The notes beneath the pieces are model-generated. The model was not told where the DNA came from and made no database searches. It saw only the letters and a list, made by a program, of their open reading frames with translations. A stretch of 64,000 bases of DNA from an uncultured virus (IMG/VR IMGVR_UViG_3300020536_000659). Taxonomy: Duplodnaviria; Heunggongvirae; Uroviricota; Caudoviricetes. The stretch lies in IMG/VR virus record IMGVR_UViG_3300020536_000659, one strand, 5' to 3'. The translations under genes and the position numbers were made by a program. Positions 9,501-19,700 of the stretch are shown here, in pieces (the first letter of the stretch is position 1; every line of letters begins with the position of its first letter).

Positions 9501-11270
9501 TCTATCAGAAAATTAAACGACAATGATATAGTTGTAATGTTGGACGGTGACGACAGTTTAACAAATGATCCGGACATATTCACATATTATAATCACATAC
9601 ATTATGACAACGACTTCACGTATGGATCTTGTTGGAGTATGGTTGATAACATTCCTTTAGTCAGCCAACCTTATCCTCCTGAAATAAAGAAAACTAAAAA
9701 TTACAAAAACTATAAGTTCAATTGGAATGTGCCCTACACACATTTGAGAACGATGAAAGCGCATTTGTTGAAGTGGGCTCCAGATTCTGCATTTCAAGAT
9801 AAAGAAGGAAACTGGTTCAAAGCTGGTGGAGATCTTTCTACATTCTACACAGCAATAAATAATTGTCATCCACATAAAATATATGTTGTTTCTGATATTG
9901 TTTGCAATTACAATGACGCCAGCCCCATCAATGATTATAAAGTAAATAAAGACGAACAGGACAAAGTTATTATGCAAACTTTAAATTCTAAAAAAAGAAT
10001 ATTAATTGCTATCCCAACAAATAAAAATATTGAGGCGCAAACATTCAAGAGCATTTATGATTTGATTATTCCTGAAGGTTATGAAGCGGATTTTCAATAT
10101 TTTTATGGATATCAAATCGATCAAATTCGTAATCTAATAGCCAATTGGGTTATCAATTGTAATTATGATTATTTGTTTGCCGTTGATAGCGATATAACTT
10201 TTGCTCCTGATACTCTTGTTAGAATGTTAAATCACAATGTTGATATGGTAAGCGGAATTTATATTCAGCGTATTCCTGGCACCCACACGATTGAAATTAT
10301 GAGAAAAGACGTATATGGTAATATGCCTCATGTGAATTGGGAAGAGATTAGAGGAAAGGGATTAGTTGAGATAGATGGTTGTGGATTTGGTTGCGTTCTG
10401 ATAAAGGGGGAAATTTTTAAATCCATTCCATACCCACATTTTGTTTACAAAAGCGCATTAACTATTGAAAATACCGTAAGCGAAGATGTATATTTTTGCG
10501 TACAAGCAAAAAATAAAGGATTCCGAATCTGGGCGGACACTTCTATTATCTGTGATCATATTGGTTATCACACATTTAAAGTTAATATTGATTTTAAATT
10601 AGAAGAACAAAAAAGAAAACTAAGAGATCTTGGTGATAGACCTCTCATGCTGCAAGCCCACTATGAATATCTGGTAAAAATGAAATCTAAAAAGGTTGAA
10701 CCCAAGGTTATCTATGATATTGGAGCTTGCGTTCTGCATTGGACAAATTGCGCAAAACACGTTTGGCCAAACTCTCAATACATAGCATTTGATGCGATGG
10801 ATGAGCTAGAATTTTTATATAAAGAAAAAAATATTCCATATCATGTTGGGCTACTCAGTGATGTTGATGGTAAGAAAATAGGATTCTATCAAAACGTAGA
10901 GCATCCTGGAGGAAACAGTTACTATAAAGAAAACACCGAATATAGTCCAGATGCAGATAAGCTATTCCCGAACAAAATAGAAAAGACATCAATAACTCTA
11001 GACTCAGTAGTTAAAAACAAAAACTTTCCCAAACCTGATCTGATCAAAATGGATGTTCAGGGTGCAGAGCTTGATGTTCTCAAAGGAGCTCAGGAAACTT
11101 TAAAATCCTGCCAACATCTGATACTAGAGCTACAGCATAAAGAATATAATATCGGAGCCCCAATGAACAAAGAAGTTATTGAGTATCTTGACAGTATTGG
11201 ATTTGCTCTAGTAACGCCAAACTTTGTTGAGTTTGGAACTCAGGGCGATTATCACTTTGCTAGAAAATAA
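6591..11270 (+). CDS. Multidomain glycosyltransferase: GT-B(GT4)-GT-B(GT4)-GT-A(GT2)-GT-A-FkbM-type methyltransferase, 1559 aa
   Basis: Two homologous modules (GIGGSES/GLGGSES; PETSGISTIES/PETYGISTLEA). GT2 motifs ISPFYNAEPYI, LIDDCSTD, LDGDD. Second GT-A with AVDSD, CGFGCVLIK, SED. FkbM motifs YDIGAC and IKMDVQGAEL. Confidence 0.9.
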   Translation: MGLMNNNIKIAIIDCIGLNYDGSTLTKKGIGGSESSIISIARELVKIGFEVTVLNDCDTSETEPGVYDGVRYYPIAMLGQKEFNFDVVISQRTVIPFTPKHLYDQVRQPAPRDYDPDIFTQVQKPEQLKIIWMQDTFIWGDHLLEYLLVNNHVDEVFNLSDWHIAYTTNCTHGPKRQYEVFKNKIFHTRNAINRWIDWVDIKQKDPNLFVYNASITKGMIPLVTRIWPRLKQHLPQAKLKIIGGYYKFRNEDLSPAQQEWRGLVKSCEKDPSIEFTGIIPQPEIAKIMAQATYNLFPGAYPETSGISTIESINYNTPVIGTRFGAMEESGTKAASYFIDYAVEPNVLFPNINTEEQINKYVDLVLSVVSNPYIHQQKQYACNAIKDISTWDTVALQWKQHFYRKFNKQMTDEELVKVNWINYRVRKTFGKRFSNVEDIIVTEPASNTQRLPQEKEVRVAYIDITGMSYDGETLKTKGLGGSESAVILSAKELAHQGFDVTVYCACDEEGNRPGVYDNVKYRPLSDIGNDEQTYDVLISSRVVTPFITKPWYNWQQTTNRKIPFQKFEKMREAAKLKVFWMHDTFCWGDEILEDLVTSKAIDEIWVLSDFHYNYVTNCNHGKPRNFEVLRNHMWITRNGITRYPIKTVEKNPDLFIFNANMSKGLEPLLKNVWPRVKQKIPKARLAVIGGHYKLGNAVANDTEESEFMKLVEPFMEDPTITFTGIISQKEVAVWCKAASFFIYPTAFPETYGISTLEALYANTLIIGCRFGALEETGSPQAYMIEYSATPNVVYPNIDINAQAEKFVDMVVQAYNDPDRQEKMNKLDEIKPLVGWNVVALEWKQHIYKRLGLYLSRGESIEANYTKTKYHEIFNRRTSTPEEWVAPKLKPEQRIVVISPFYNAEPYIKRCISSVAAQNYDNYEHWLIDDCSTDNGSAAALDLINSLPNDIKDKFKVIVNSNRNGAPYNHIQSIRKLNDNDIVVMLDGDDSLTNDPDIFTYYNHIHYDNDFTYGSCWSMVDNIPLVSQPYPPEIKKTKNYKNYKFNWNVPYTHLRTMKAHLLKWAPDSAFQDKEGNWFKAGGDLSTFYTAINNCHPHKIYVVSDIVCNYNDASPINDYKVNKDEQDKVIMQTLNSKKRILIAIPTNKNIEAQTFKSIYDLIIPEGYEADFQYFYGYQIDQIRNLIANWVINCNYDYLFAVDSDITFAPDTLVRMLNHNVDMVSGIYIQRIPGTHTIEIMRKDVYGNMPHVNWEEIRGKGLVEIDGCGFGCVLIKGEIFKSIPYPHFVYKSALTIENTVSEDVYFCVQAKNKGFRIWADTSIICDHIGYHTFKVNIDFKLEEQKRKLRDLGDRPLMLQAHYEYLVKMKSKKVEPKVIYDIGACVLHWTNCAKHVWPNSQYIAFDAMDELEFLYKEKNIPYHVGLLSDVDGKKIGFYQNVEHPGGNSYYKENTEYSPDADKLFPNKIEKTSITLDSVVKNKNFPKPDLIKMDVQGAELDVLKGAQETLKSCQHLILELQHKEYNIGAPMNKEVIEYLDSIGFALVTPNFVEFGTQGDYHFARK

Positions 11271-11272
11271 AT

Positions 11273-13198
11273 CTATTTCTGTTTAAGCAGTTCAAGTTCT
11301 TCGCTGAGAGCTTTAATCGCCTCAATCAGAAGTGGAACAATCCTTTCATACTTAACTGCTAAAATACCATCTTTTCTTTCTGCAACTGCTTCTGGTAAAA
11401 CTTCCTGAAGCTGTTGAGCTATCACACCAACATCTCTTTTTCTAATAAAGTAGCCATCTTCTCCGCCAGCATTTTCTATGTATTCATCATTCCAATCAAA
11501 AGTTACTCCATCTATTCTTTTTATTTTTTGCAGAGCATCTTCAATGGTTTGAATATTTTCTTTCAGACGCTTATCAGAAGAATAATAAGCAGTAACGTTG
11601 TCTGTGGCGCGTATTTCTCCGGAGGTTCCTGATGCAGCCGTTCCTACTCCAAGACCACCATTATTTACAGACAGTCCACCTCCAGCTTCAAATCTGGTGT
11701 ATTTGTAAGAACCAACAGTACCATGTCTAATTGTAAGAGCATTTGTTGGGTCTTCATAAAGATATATGTCAGTATCGCCACCAATAGTCAAAGAATTAAA
11801 CACGCTGAAACTTGCTGGATCGCAATAGTATGCAGTATTATCTGAGTCTCTAAGCAGTTTAGCTAAAATTTCACCAGTTGTGTTATTCGGAGCAGTTCCG
11901 ACCCCAAGGGAATTTACCTGAGCGTTGGAATTTGTTGTAAATCCTCCAGCAGATCCAGTAAATCCGATTGATCCAGTAAATCCAACACCTTGGATACCTT
12001 GAGATCCAGTTAAACCAATATCGCCTTTAGATCCAGTAAATCCAACACCTTGGATACCTTGGGAGCCCGTAAGACCGATTCCTTGAATACCCTGAGAACC
12101 TGTAAGACCAATTGAACCAGTAAATCCTATAGATCCAGTAAATCCCACTCCTGTCAAACCCTGAGATCCAGTAAATCCAACGCCTTGAATACCTTGAGAT
12201 CCAGTGAGCCCGATTCCTTGAATACCTTGGGATCCTGTAAATCCTATGCCTTGAATACCCTGAGATCCAGTGAGTCCGATGTCTCCTCTAGATCCCGTTA
12301 GACCAATTCCTTGAATACCTTGGGAGCCTGTAAGACCAATTCCTTGAATACCTTGGGAGCCTGTAAAACCAGTAATACCCTGAGAACCTGTTAGACCAAC
12401 ACCTTGGATACCTTGGGATCCAGTAAATCCAACGCCTTGAATACCTTGGGAGCCTGTAAGACCAGTAATGCCCTGAGATCCAGTAAATCCAACACCCTGA
12501 GAACCTGTGAATCCAACACTACCGACAAAACCTTGAGATCCTACAAATCCAGTTCCGACTCCGGAATCCCAAACAAGAGTTCCTGTCTCAGCCCTTAAAT
12601 ATCTACCAGCATTTCCTACTATACTTGGCAAAAGATTTAAAATAGCTGCCATTGAGCTACTAGCACCTGTTCCACCAACAGAAATAGGAGCTACTCCAGA
12701 GTTAATTGAAGAGGCGTTAACGAAAATGCCAGAACTATTTGACGACAATCCTGTATTAAGAACAGCTGATATTGTCATATTACCACCAACACCTGTTCCA
12801 TTGGTAATAGAAACGGTGTTTCCTCCGACAACAGATCTTACTGTTCCTGTTTTGTCTCCAGTTTTTACAATTATGCCAGTGTTGGAAGCGTCTAATCCGA
12901 AAACCGTATCTGAATTATTTGCGGTGACAGGAAGAGAGGGTTGTGTGGCGTTTGCATAAGAGAACTGAGACACAAACAATGATACACGTTTTGACGTTTC
13001 TCCAACAGATAAACTTCCGCCTGAGGCAGGAACAAGATTTCCGTTCATCTCAGCCGTAGCGTTTATAGAAACGTTTGCCACAAACGAGGCGATTGAATTT
13101 ACTTGTAGATTAGCGTTGATGAAGGTATTGGTCGTTAATTCGGTGTTGCCGCCAGCAACTTGTAAACCTTTATCCGCTTTAAATCTTTGATCTACCAT
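11273..13198 (-). CDS. Collagen-like tail fibre with C-terminal intramolecular chaperone (peptidase S74-like)
   Basis: Long G-X-Y tract (GFTGSQGIQGV); SSDKRLKENI cleavage motif; GVIAQ...PEAV and V.YE.IVPLLIEAIK chaperone motifs. Confidence 0.85.
   Translation of the reverse strand: MVDQRFKADKGLQVAGGNTELTTNTFINANLQVNSIASFVANVSINATAEMNGNLVPASGGSLSVGETSKRVSLFVSQFSYANATQPSLPVTANNSDTVFGLDASNTGIIVKTGDKTGTVRSVVGGNTVSITNGTGVGGNMTISAVLNTGLSSNSSGIFVNASSINSGVAPISVGGTGASSSMAAILNLLPSIVGNAGRYLRAETGTLVWDSGVGTGFVGSQGFVGSVGFTGSQGVGFTGSQGITGLTGSQGIQGVGFTGSQGIQGVGLTGSQGITGFTGSQGIQGIGLTGSQGIQGIGLTGSRGDIGLTGSQGIQGIGFTGSQGIQGIGLTGSQGIQGVGFTGSQGLTGVGFTGSIGFTGSIGLTGSQGIQGIGLTGSQGIQGVGFTGSKGDIGLTGSQGIQGVGFTGSIGFTGSAGGFTTNSNAQVNSLGVGTAPNNTTGEILAKLLRDSDNTAYYCDPASFSVFNSLTIGGDTDIYLYEDPTNALTIRHGTVGSYKYTRFEAGGGLSVNNGGLGVGTAASGTSGEIRATDNVTAYYSSDKRLKENIQTIEDALQKIKRIDGVTFDWNDEYIENAGGEDGYFIRKRDVGVIAQQLQEVLPEAVAERKDGILAVKYERIVPLLIEAIKALSEELELLKQK
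11950..12560 (-). repeat. Tandem collagen-like repeats, mainly a 33-nt / 11-aa unit
   Basis: Recurring gatccagtaaatcc and ccttgaatacc units encoding G[FL]TGSQGIQG[VI]. Confidence 0.9.
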
Positions 13199-13207
13199 TT
13201 ACTTCTC

Positions 13208-14416
13208 TTATTTGATTAAATCGGCTATGACTTTTACTGCGCTGCTAGATTGTGTTTGAAGGATAAACAGTTCCACATTGGCGTTATTTAGGTTTGCTGT
13301 GAATGTCGCTAGAAGTGGAGAAGAACTTGTTGATGGTGGAGAACTGACTGTACCGTAAACTGTTATCTCAGCTGCGCTGTTATTGTGGGCCAAGATGATC
13401 TCAGAAATCTGAGTGTTAGTTCCTTTTTTCACCTGAACCAGAAGCTTGGCTGTTGAGAAATCCGCCTTTGCGAATCTATAAACTAAAAGATTATTGACAA
13501 TATCTGTACCGATGTCAGAATTTGCTGACACCTGAACAGTTAAATCCGATTTAACGATAAGATCGCTATTTACTGAAACGTTTCCGGTCACATTTAAATT
13601 ATTGTTGATATTAGCCTGACCAGCAACAGTTATATTATTAGAAAGAGTGGTACCGCCAGTCACAGCAAGAGTATTAGAAAATGCAACAGCCCCAACAACT
13701 CCTAAACTATTTGCGACGTTAGCTTGGCCAGTTATAGCCAAAACACCATTGCTGTATACGCCAGATCTCGAAACTGTTGTCACAAATGTTGAGTTTGAGG
13801 CAACCATACCATTATTATTTGAAACTGTATTGACAGTAGAATTTCCTATAAACAAAGAGGTGGTATTAGCCACAACATTTGCGCCAACAACAAGTGTTGT
13901 TTGATTTGCAGCCACATTACCTGCCACAAATCCAATTGATGTCATTTGAGAATTGACAGCGCCATTGGAAATTGTTATGGTTGTTGAATTAGCAATTGTG
14001 TTAACTACTGTATTTGTTTGCATTAATACAGAAGCGCCAGTGATATTAGTGTTGGAGGCATTATTACTAAAGGAAGCACCAACACTATTAATTACAGAAA
14101 CTGAAGTCGAGTTTCCGAGTCTTAAAATAGAAGCGGCTGCAGCAGCCACATAAACATCAACGTTTGATGTTACTGTCAGCGTTCCAGAAGTTGAAGTGTT
14201 TCCGCCTCGTAAGGAGTCTTGAGCAACAATATTGTTGGCCATGAACATACCATACAATCTTCCAGTTTTGGAAGTTGTAGAGTTGCCCGTTTCAGCGCCA
14301 GTTGCGTTTGCAGTTAAAACGTCATTCGTCGTCAGCCAAGCTAAAACGTTTTGTCTGATAATTAGAGACTCAAAGGTCTCTGTTAGAATATTTACGTTAC
14401 TGACTGGATACGACAC
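13208..14416 (-). CDS. Virion structural/fibre protein, N/T/S/V-rich
   Basis: 402-aa ORF; beta-rich low-complexity core; C-terminal AKLLVQVK..TQISEIILAH...YG module seen in T4-like fibre proteins. Confidence 0.65.
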   Translation of the reverse strand: MSYPVSNVNILTETFESLIIRQNVLAWLTTNDVLTANATGAETGNSTTSKTGRLYGMFMANNIVAQDSLRGGNTSTSGTLTVTSNVDVYVAAAAASILRLGNSTSVSVINSVGASFSNNASNTNITGASVLMQTNTVVNTIANSTTITISNGAVNSQMTSIGFVAGNVAANQTTLVVGANVVANTTSLFIGNSTVNTVSNNNGMVASNSTFVTTVSRSGVYSNGVLAITGQANVANSLGVVGAVAFSNTLAVTGGTTLSNNITVAGQANINNNLNVTGNVSVNSDLIVKSDLTVQVSANSDIGTDIVNNLLVYRFAKADFSTAKLLVQVKKGTNTQISEIILAHNNSAAEITVYGTVSSPPSTSSSPLLATFTANLNNANVELFILQTQSSSAVKVIADLIK

Positions 14417-14609
14417 TAAGTTTCTCCAAAACTGCTCTCAAAGAATTTGTCAATTCAACAACACGAGCTTCTAATTGTGTTATCCTTTTTTCATATTCTC
14501 TCAGTTGTTTATCTTGTTTTCTTCTATGCTTTAATTCTTCAAATTCTTTTGTATTTATATTTAAAATAGCGCCGCTGTTTTTATCTTTGATATAATCTTG
14601 TTTAATCAT
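14397..14609 (-). CDS. Small coiled-coil hypothetical protein
   Basis: 70 aa, KDKNSGAILN motif; overlaps both neighbours, suggesting translational coupling. Confidence 0.65.
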   Translation of the reverse strand: MIKQDYIKDKNSGAILNINTKEFEELKHRRKQDKQLREYEKRITQLEARVVELTNSLRAVLEKLSVVSSQ

Positions 14610-16738
14610 TATACACTCACAGCAATTGCCTGTAATTGTTCTAGTTTTGGTATTTTATTAGAACTGTCAGAAAGCAGAACAACCTTTATTTGCATTGTGT
14701 TATAACCATCAAACTCGTTTTTAGATGTCGTATAATATCTTACAACATTGTCATTGGCTATATTATTAAAGGCGATTTGTTTATATTTCAGCTTATCGAT
14801 ACCAACTGACACTGATGGTTGACCAAGCCCATTTACGATATCTGTATTTCTTATGGGTTTGTTCAATGTTATTGTGCTTGAGTTTGAAGCCAAAACTTGA
14901 AACACTTCGTGGTTGGTTTCAGCAAATCCTGGTTTATAAACTCTTATGATATCGTCTTGTTGACAGTTTGCTACAAGAGAAACGTTTGTTACTATAATAT
15001 TATTTCCATATTCCGCTAAGTTCTTTTCCCCAAGATTTTCTAGAATTTCTGGGTATTGTGGGAAAGAGTATGAATACTCTATTAGATCATCTTTGTTATT
15101 TTCGTTTGAATACTTTTCATTATTTTGATCTAGTTCGAGAGGAGTCCAAGACTTAATATCAAAAGAGTCAATATCAGCTGAATTGTGAATCTTAGCGTAA
15201 ACTCGGATGTTTGTTCCAGGAGGTCTGTATGCTAGGATATATGTCTTAAGATCTTCGGCGTATACTCCTGGACCGAGATTTATTCTTTTCGAAATATATT
15301 TCGAAACAGCAATACCATTTCTATCAACTTCTGTATCATAGTTTGGCATTGAGTAGCTATAGCTGCTGTTCGCTGATGAAACATATGTTCTTGTTTCAGA
15401 ATATGTGTTCGAGATATAGTTTTTCTTGACAATAAGATCAATGTCATCGCAATCGACGAATGGAGCGGTGTATGATGTGTTTGATAAAACGTTAACATCA
15501 ACTTTTGCAACTAAGGATTTCTTTTCTGCTCCATATAGTGAAGTTCCATCAACTTCTTGAGACTTTGACAGAACGTAAGAAATTTGGTTTGTTCTGTTTA
15601 TATCGTTTAATGAGAACGACACAAATGAAGACGAAAGAGTATTTGACTCACCAGCAATCTTGTAAGAAAGATTAAACGTGCCTCCGAGAGGACCATTGAC
15701 GGAAAACTTAGGAACAAAAGCGTCTATCTTAAATCTATCCACACTTGTGATGGTGGTCCTAGCTCCGGATCTTACTCCGATTAGATTATCTGCTGCAGAC
15801 AGTTTGAAAGTAGAGTTGGCTGCATTTGAGTCATCAAGGTATAAAGTTTTGTTGGGAGAAGAGTATTGATACACTCTTCCGCAAACTGGAGCTTTGTACC
15901 TGGCGACACCCGAGAAATTTGGTGGGCGATCAATATACATTTCTGTATTAGAAACGATAGATTTAACAGAAAAATAATCAGAAGCTGCACCAGTGTCGAT
16001 GATTATTTTTTGCCCTTCATATAAATTTTCAAAAACAGTTGACACGCCTGTTACAAGGTTTGTTGATACGTTTACAGTAACATTGCCTGTTGCATTTGCT
16101 GTTTGCTTATAAACGATTTCGCCTGGAATAAATCCACCAACAGTATTTGAAATTGAGAGAAACTCGTAATCTTTGTTTACTACATACACAGAGTTATTTG
16201 AGGTGTCAAATTTAGCAATCTTGATTTGATATTTTAGATCCCTATCTGTATATGAGATGATGTCAGAATCTTGCGAAACAGCGGCATAAAGAATACCTTC
16301 TGTTGTATTTCTAGAACCTGATGATATTGTTTGAGTGACGCCAGTTTCGTTGACAATTCTATTACCTTTGATATTCTGCCACAAAACGAATCCAGAGTCT
16401 TGGAATTTAATAACTATGCCATAAAATCTATCGCTCTTTAAAACAACAGGATTACGGAAAGAAAATGTTGTTGAAGAAACCGCAGTAGATGAGGTTGAAA
16501 TTTTATCCCATTCTACATAAGTTGTAGAGTTTTTGATTTTTTTATTCGGGGCTGGCAGATTATTCTCAATTTCACAAAGCCACATAACAACTTGTGGCTT
16601 TGGCACACCCGAGTCGTTGTTCAGAGAATATGGTTTATTTTTAAAGTAAAGATCAATGGAAGTTACCATCAGTTCTGGGGAACCATTTACGGCCTCTGAA
16701 TCAGCATAAAAAGATTGAATATAGTTATAATAACTCAT
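14609..16738 (-). CDS. Virion structural protein resembling the C-terminal part of VrlC/DUF4815 proteins
   Basis: Motifs IQSFY...VTSIDLYFK, DLKYQIKIAKF, KYISKRINL...AYRP.GTNIRVYAK, MQIKVVL. Confidence 0.7.
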   Translation of the reverse strand: MSYYNYIQSFYADSEAVNGSPELMVTSIDLYFKNKPYSLNNDSGVPKPQVVMWLCEIENNLPAPNKKIKNSTTYVEWDKISTSSTAVSSTTFSFRNPVVLKSDRFYGIVIKFQDSGFVLWQNIKGNRIVNETGVTQTISSGSRNTTEGILYAAVSQDSDIISYTDRDLKYQIKIAKFDTSNNSVYVVNKDYEFLSISNTVGGFIPGEIVYKQTANATGNVTVNVSTNLVTGVSTVFENLYEGQKIIIDTGAASDYFSVKSIVSNTEMYIDRPPNFSGVARYKAPVCGRVYQYSSPNKTLYLDDSNAANSTFKLSAADNLIGVRSGARTTITSVDRFKIDAFVPKFSVNGPLGGTFNLSYKIAGESNTLSSSFVSFSLNDINRTNQISYVLSKSQEVDGTSLYGAEKKSLVAKVDVNVLSNTSYTAPFVDCDDIDLIVKKNYISNTYSETRTYVSSANSSYSYSMPNYDTEVDRNGIAVSKYISKRINLGPGVYAEDLKTYILAYRPPGTNIRVYAKIHNSADIDSFDIKSWTPLELDQNNEKYSNENNKDDLIEYSYSFPQYPEILENLGEKNLAEYGNNIIVTNVSLVANCQQDDIIRVYKPGFAETNHEVFQVLASNSSTITLNKPIRNTDIVNGLGQPSVSVGIDKLKYKQIAFNNIANDNVVRYYTTSKNEFDGYNTMQIKVVLLSDSSNKIPKLEQLQAIAVSV

Positions 16739-16767
16739 TTGTTTCTTTCTTTACATCGTTTCAAAAC

Positions 16768-16775
16768 TATTTAGT
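16768..16775 (-). promoter_or_regulatory. Late promoter variant ACTAAATA
   Basis: Located in the 36-nt gap between the two VrlC-like ORFs. Confidence 0.45.
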
Positions 16776-19700
16776 TAAAGCTCTGCTAAATTGTAAACAG
16801 ACTCAGTAGTATCTGTTTCTGCGTTTAGATTGGATAACCAAGGAGAGACATTAATGATACTGGTAGCTACTGAAGACATATCAGCCGAAGAAACAGAAAT
16901 CTCTTTAACACTCGGTATTAGCCCAGTTCTTATTTGATCTTGAGCAAAAGTTGTGTTTACCATCGACAAATCAATAAGACTGTCATTGTAGAAATTAAGT
17001 TTTAGAGTTCCGTTTTCATCAGTTTTTAGCCCAGTAACATTGTCAGTTGTAGTTCTGATTTGCTCGCATTTATCTGTAGCTTTTGTTCCATCAAAATATA
17101 GATCATGAACCGTGTTTGGTTTCAGACCAATAACCTCTACCGTATGAACGTATCCATTTGTCCACCAGTAGTTTGGATTGTAGTTATTTTGTCTCTGTGC
17201 TTCTGATATTTGTTCTTCCATTCCCTGGCTGAACCAAACTTGTTGGTTATTGGGATCGTTGATGTTCGAACCGCCAATAGGAACGTTTTTGGGGAATACA
17301 TCAACGACATCTCCGTTGTATATGTATTCATTTGGTTCTTTTACTACATAAGTTTTTTCTACTTCGAAATCCGCAGGATAGAAGATTTTATATTCGTATT
17401 TTCCGGGAGAAGCTTTATCTCTTACTCCGCCTTTATACACTCTGACTCTATAATATAATCCATTGTCTGGATTGTGAGAGAATATAAACTTTTGATGTTC
17501 TCTCCACCAGTAAATCGAAGTTCCTGGAACCAACTGAGAGGTGTCTAGAAATTTGACGCCGAGTTTCCAATATCCAACATTGTCAAGCAAAGAAGAAATA
17601 CCTTTATTGAGAACATCATTTTGCGTGACTGCTAAAGCGCCATTACTGTTTATTACTTCAACCCAGGGTCCATTCTCAGATTCAGCTTGTTCAATTACAA
17701 TCGCATTAAAACGTGCTCTGTGGTTCATGTAAATTTCCACAGGTCCAGCTGTTTTTGACATAGTAAAATTCCAATCGTCATAAACAGCTCTCGTTGAACT
17801 CCAATTAGTGTTTTTATTTGTTTTTATTTCTGAGACGATTTGCTGCACAACAACTGGCGGTTCTACTGTACCAATGGGCGCTGTCGTAGTAGTGGGCACT
17901 CCAGGAGTTATGACAGTATCAACAACATCAACTACTTCTGGTACTGGAGCCTCCAGTTCTGTTGCTTCAATTTGTTTGTATGCTGTGACTTCAACATAAT
18001 CAACTGATGCGATGGAGTCTCCAATGTTTGGAGAAGATTCATGTCTAAGCTCGATAACAGTTTCTTCAATATGAGCGGTGAGCCTTTCGTCTTCAATAGT
18101 AGAATTGAATTCTGGATCAAGCACTTCTGAATATTGATAGTTTGAGAACGTATCAACAAAGAATCCAACTTTAAATCTATCAGTACCGCCACTTAGAGTG
18201 GAAGGAATAAATCTGGTTTTGGCAAGAGTTTCTGCAATAGTATAAGAAACATAATACTCGATATCGGAAACTCTTCTTTCGAGAGAGGCGATATCTTTCA
18301 TTTTATAATTTTTGGTTTGCAGAATTTCTCTTTTGTTAGCATCAATTGGCGTGGTGACTGTATGTTCGAATATTCTTTGAGAACCTTTTCCATTATATAC
18401 CTTAGTATCTGCCAGAGCGATCATATCTTGAGACATAGCTTTTGGTAAAGATGGATATGGTGGGATCTCTAGAAGCTGAAGAGTAATCGTATCGCTTGGG
18501 GCTGGAGGTGGTTCTTCTTTACCAGCATAACCTTTAATGACATCTATATTTTCGTTTACACCAACAACAACTCTATCAGTTCTTCCAAGATAGTAAACAA
18601 CGTTGGCAGTTAAATCTGCATCAGAAACTGGGAAGTATTTTTCTGAAGCTGTGAATTTGTTCGAGAATGTTGGAACTATTGGGTTTACAATAGAAGTATT
18701 AGATACTTCTGAGGTTAGTGGAATAGTATTGGCCACTGTGGGTCTAAAGTCAAACTGATCTCTCAAGTCGTAATACTGACCATTGATTCCCCAAACTTCT
18801 GGAATTTCCAGAGTATTGATGCTTGTGTTGCCCATTGTTGCAACATTAGCGGTATCGTTGACGCTGTAAGAAGAAACTGTTTTAACGCCAGGTGTTGATG
18901 TGAAAGCGTCATATTTTACAAGCAACACATCATTGTTTGAGAGAGAAGGATAATTAGGTCTTCTTACCAAATGAGAAATGTCTAGCATATCTTCGCTTTG
19001 ACGATGATCAATATAAAATTCATTGGTCACGTCAGAAACGTCATTGGTGGTTTCTGTAAAATATATTGGAGAACCCACTAAAGAGTGGTTTCCGCCGCCA
19101 GACACTGCAGTAATATCAATAGCACTACCATTTCTTGTTGAAGCCAGTTTTACGCCTGTTGAATTGGCAGCAACAACATAATATGTGGTGTTATTAGAAA
19201 GACCGCCAATTGCGGTGCCACTCGTATTCGAATATACTAAAGAGTCGCCGTTCGCAAATGGATTGCTGGATATTGTGATAAAATCGTCAGTGTTTGAGAC
19301 AGCTGTTTCTGAGCTAAACGTGATTGTTCGGGAAGCTCCATTTGCTTTGATAACTTGTGACATCCTAAAGACATCCGAAGTTCCAAGTGGCCATGGCCCA
19401 CTGGTCTTAGCCAAATTATTGGAACAAACAATTCTAGAGTATATGTTTCTTTTGATTAATTTGGCGTCGGGATTTACGCCAGACTTGGTGATATTGTACG
19501 CGACTGAAACGTCCATATTTGTTGCAGATCCCGCAGTAGTAGCCACAGTATTACCAATGTAGATAGTAATAGAGTTGTTTGTCTCAACAACAATGCTTCT
19601 TCCGTCTCTTGTCATAGAAATTGGAACGTTGTTGGGGAAATACAAATAAGAAGTATTAGTAATTGTCAAAGGAGCGTTTGCGGTAAGCGTCATAAACGTG

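Noticed and set aside
1..13198. Diversity-generating retroelement or invertible cassette acting on the fibre repeats
   Set aside because: No reverse transcriptase or recombinase in the window; the repeats are in-frame, with divergence that does not look adenine-specific by eye.
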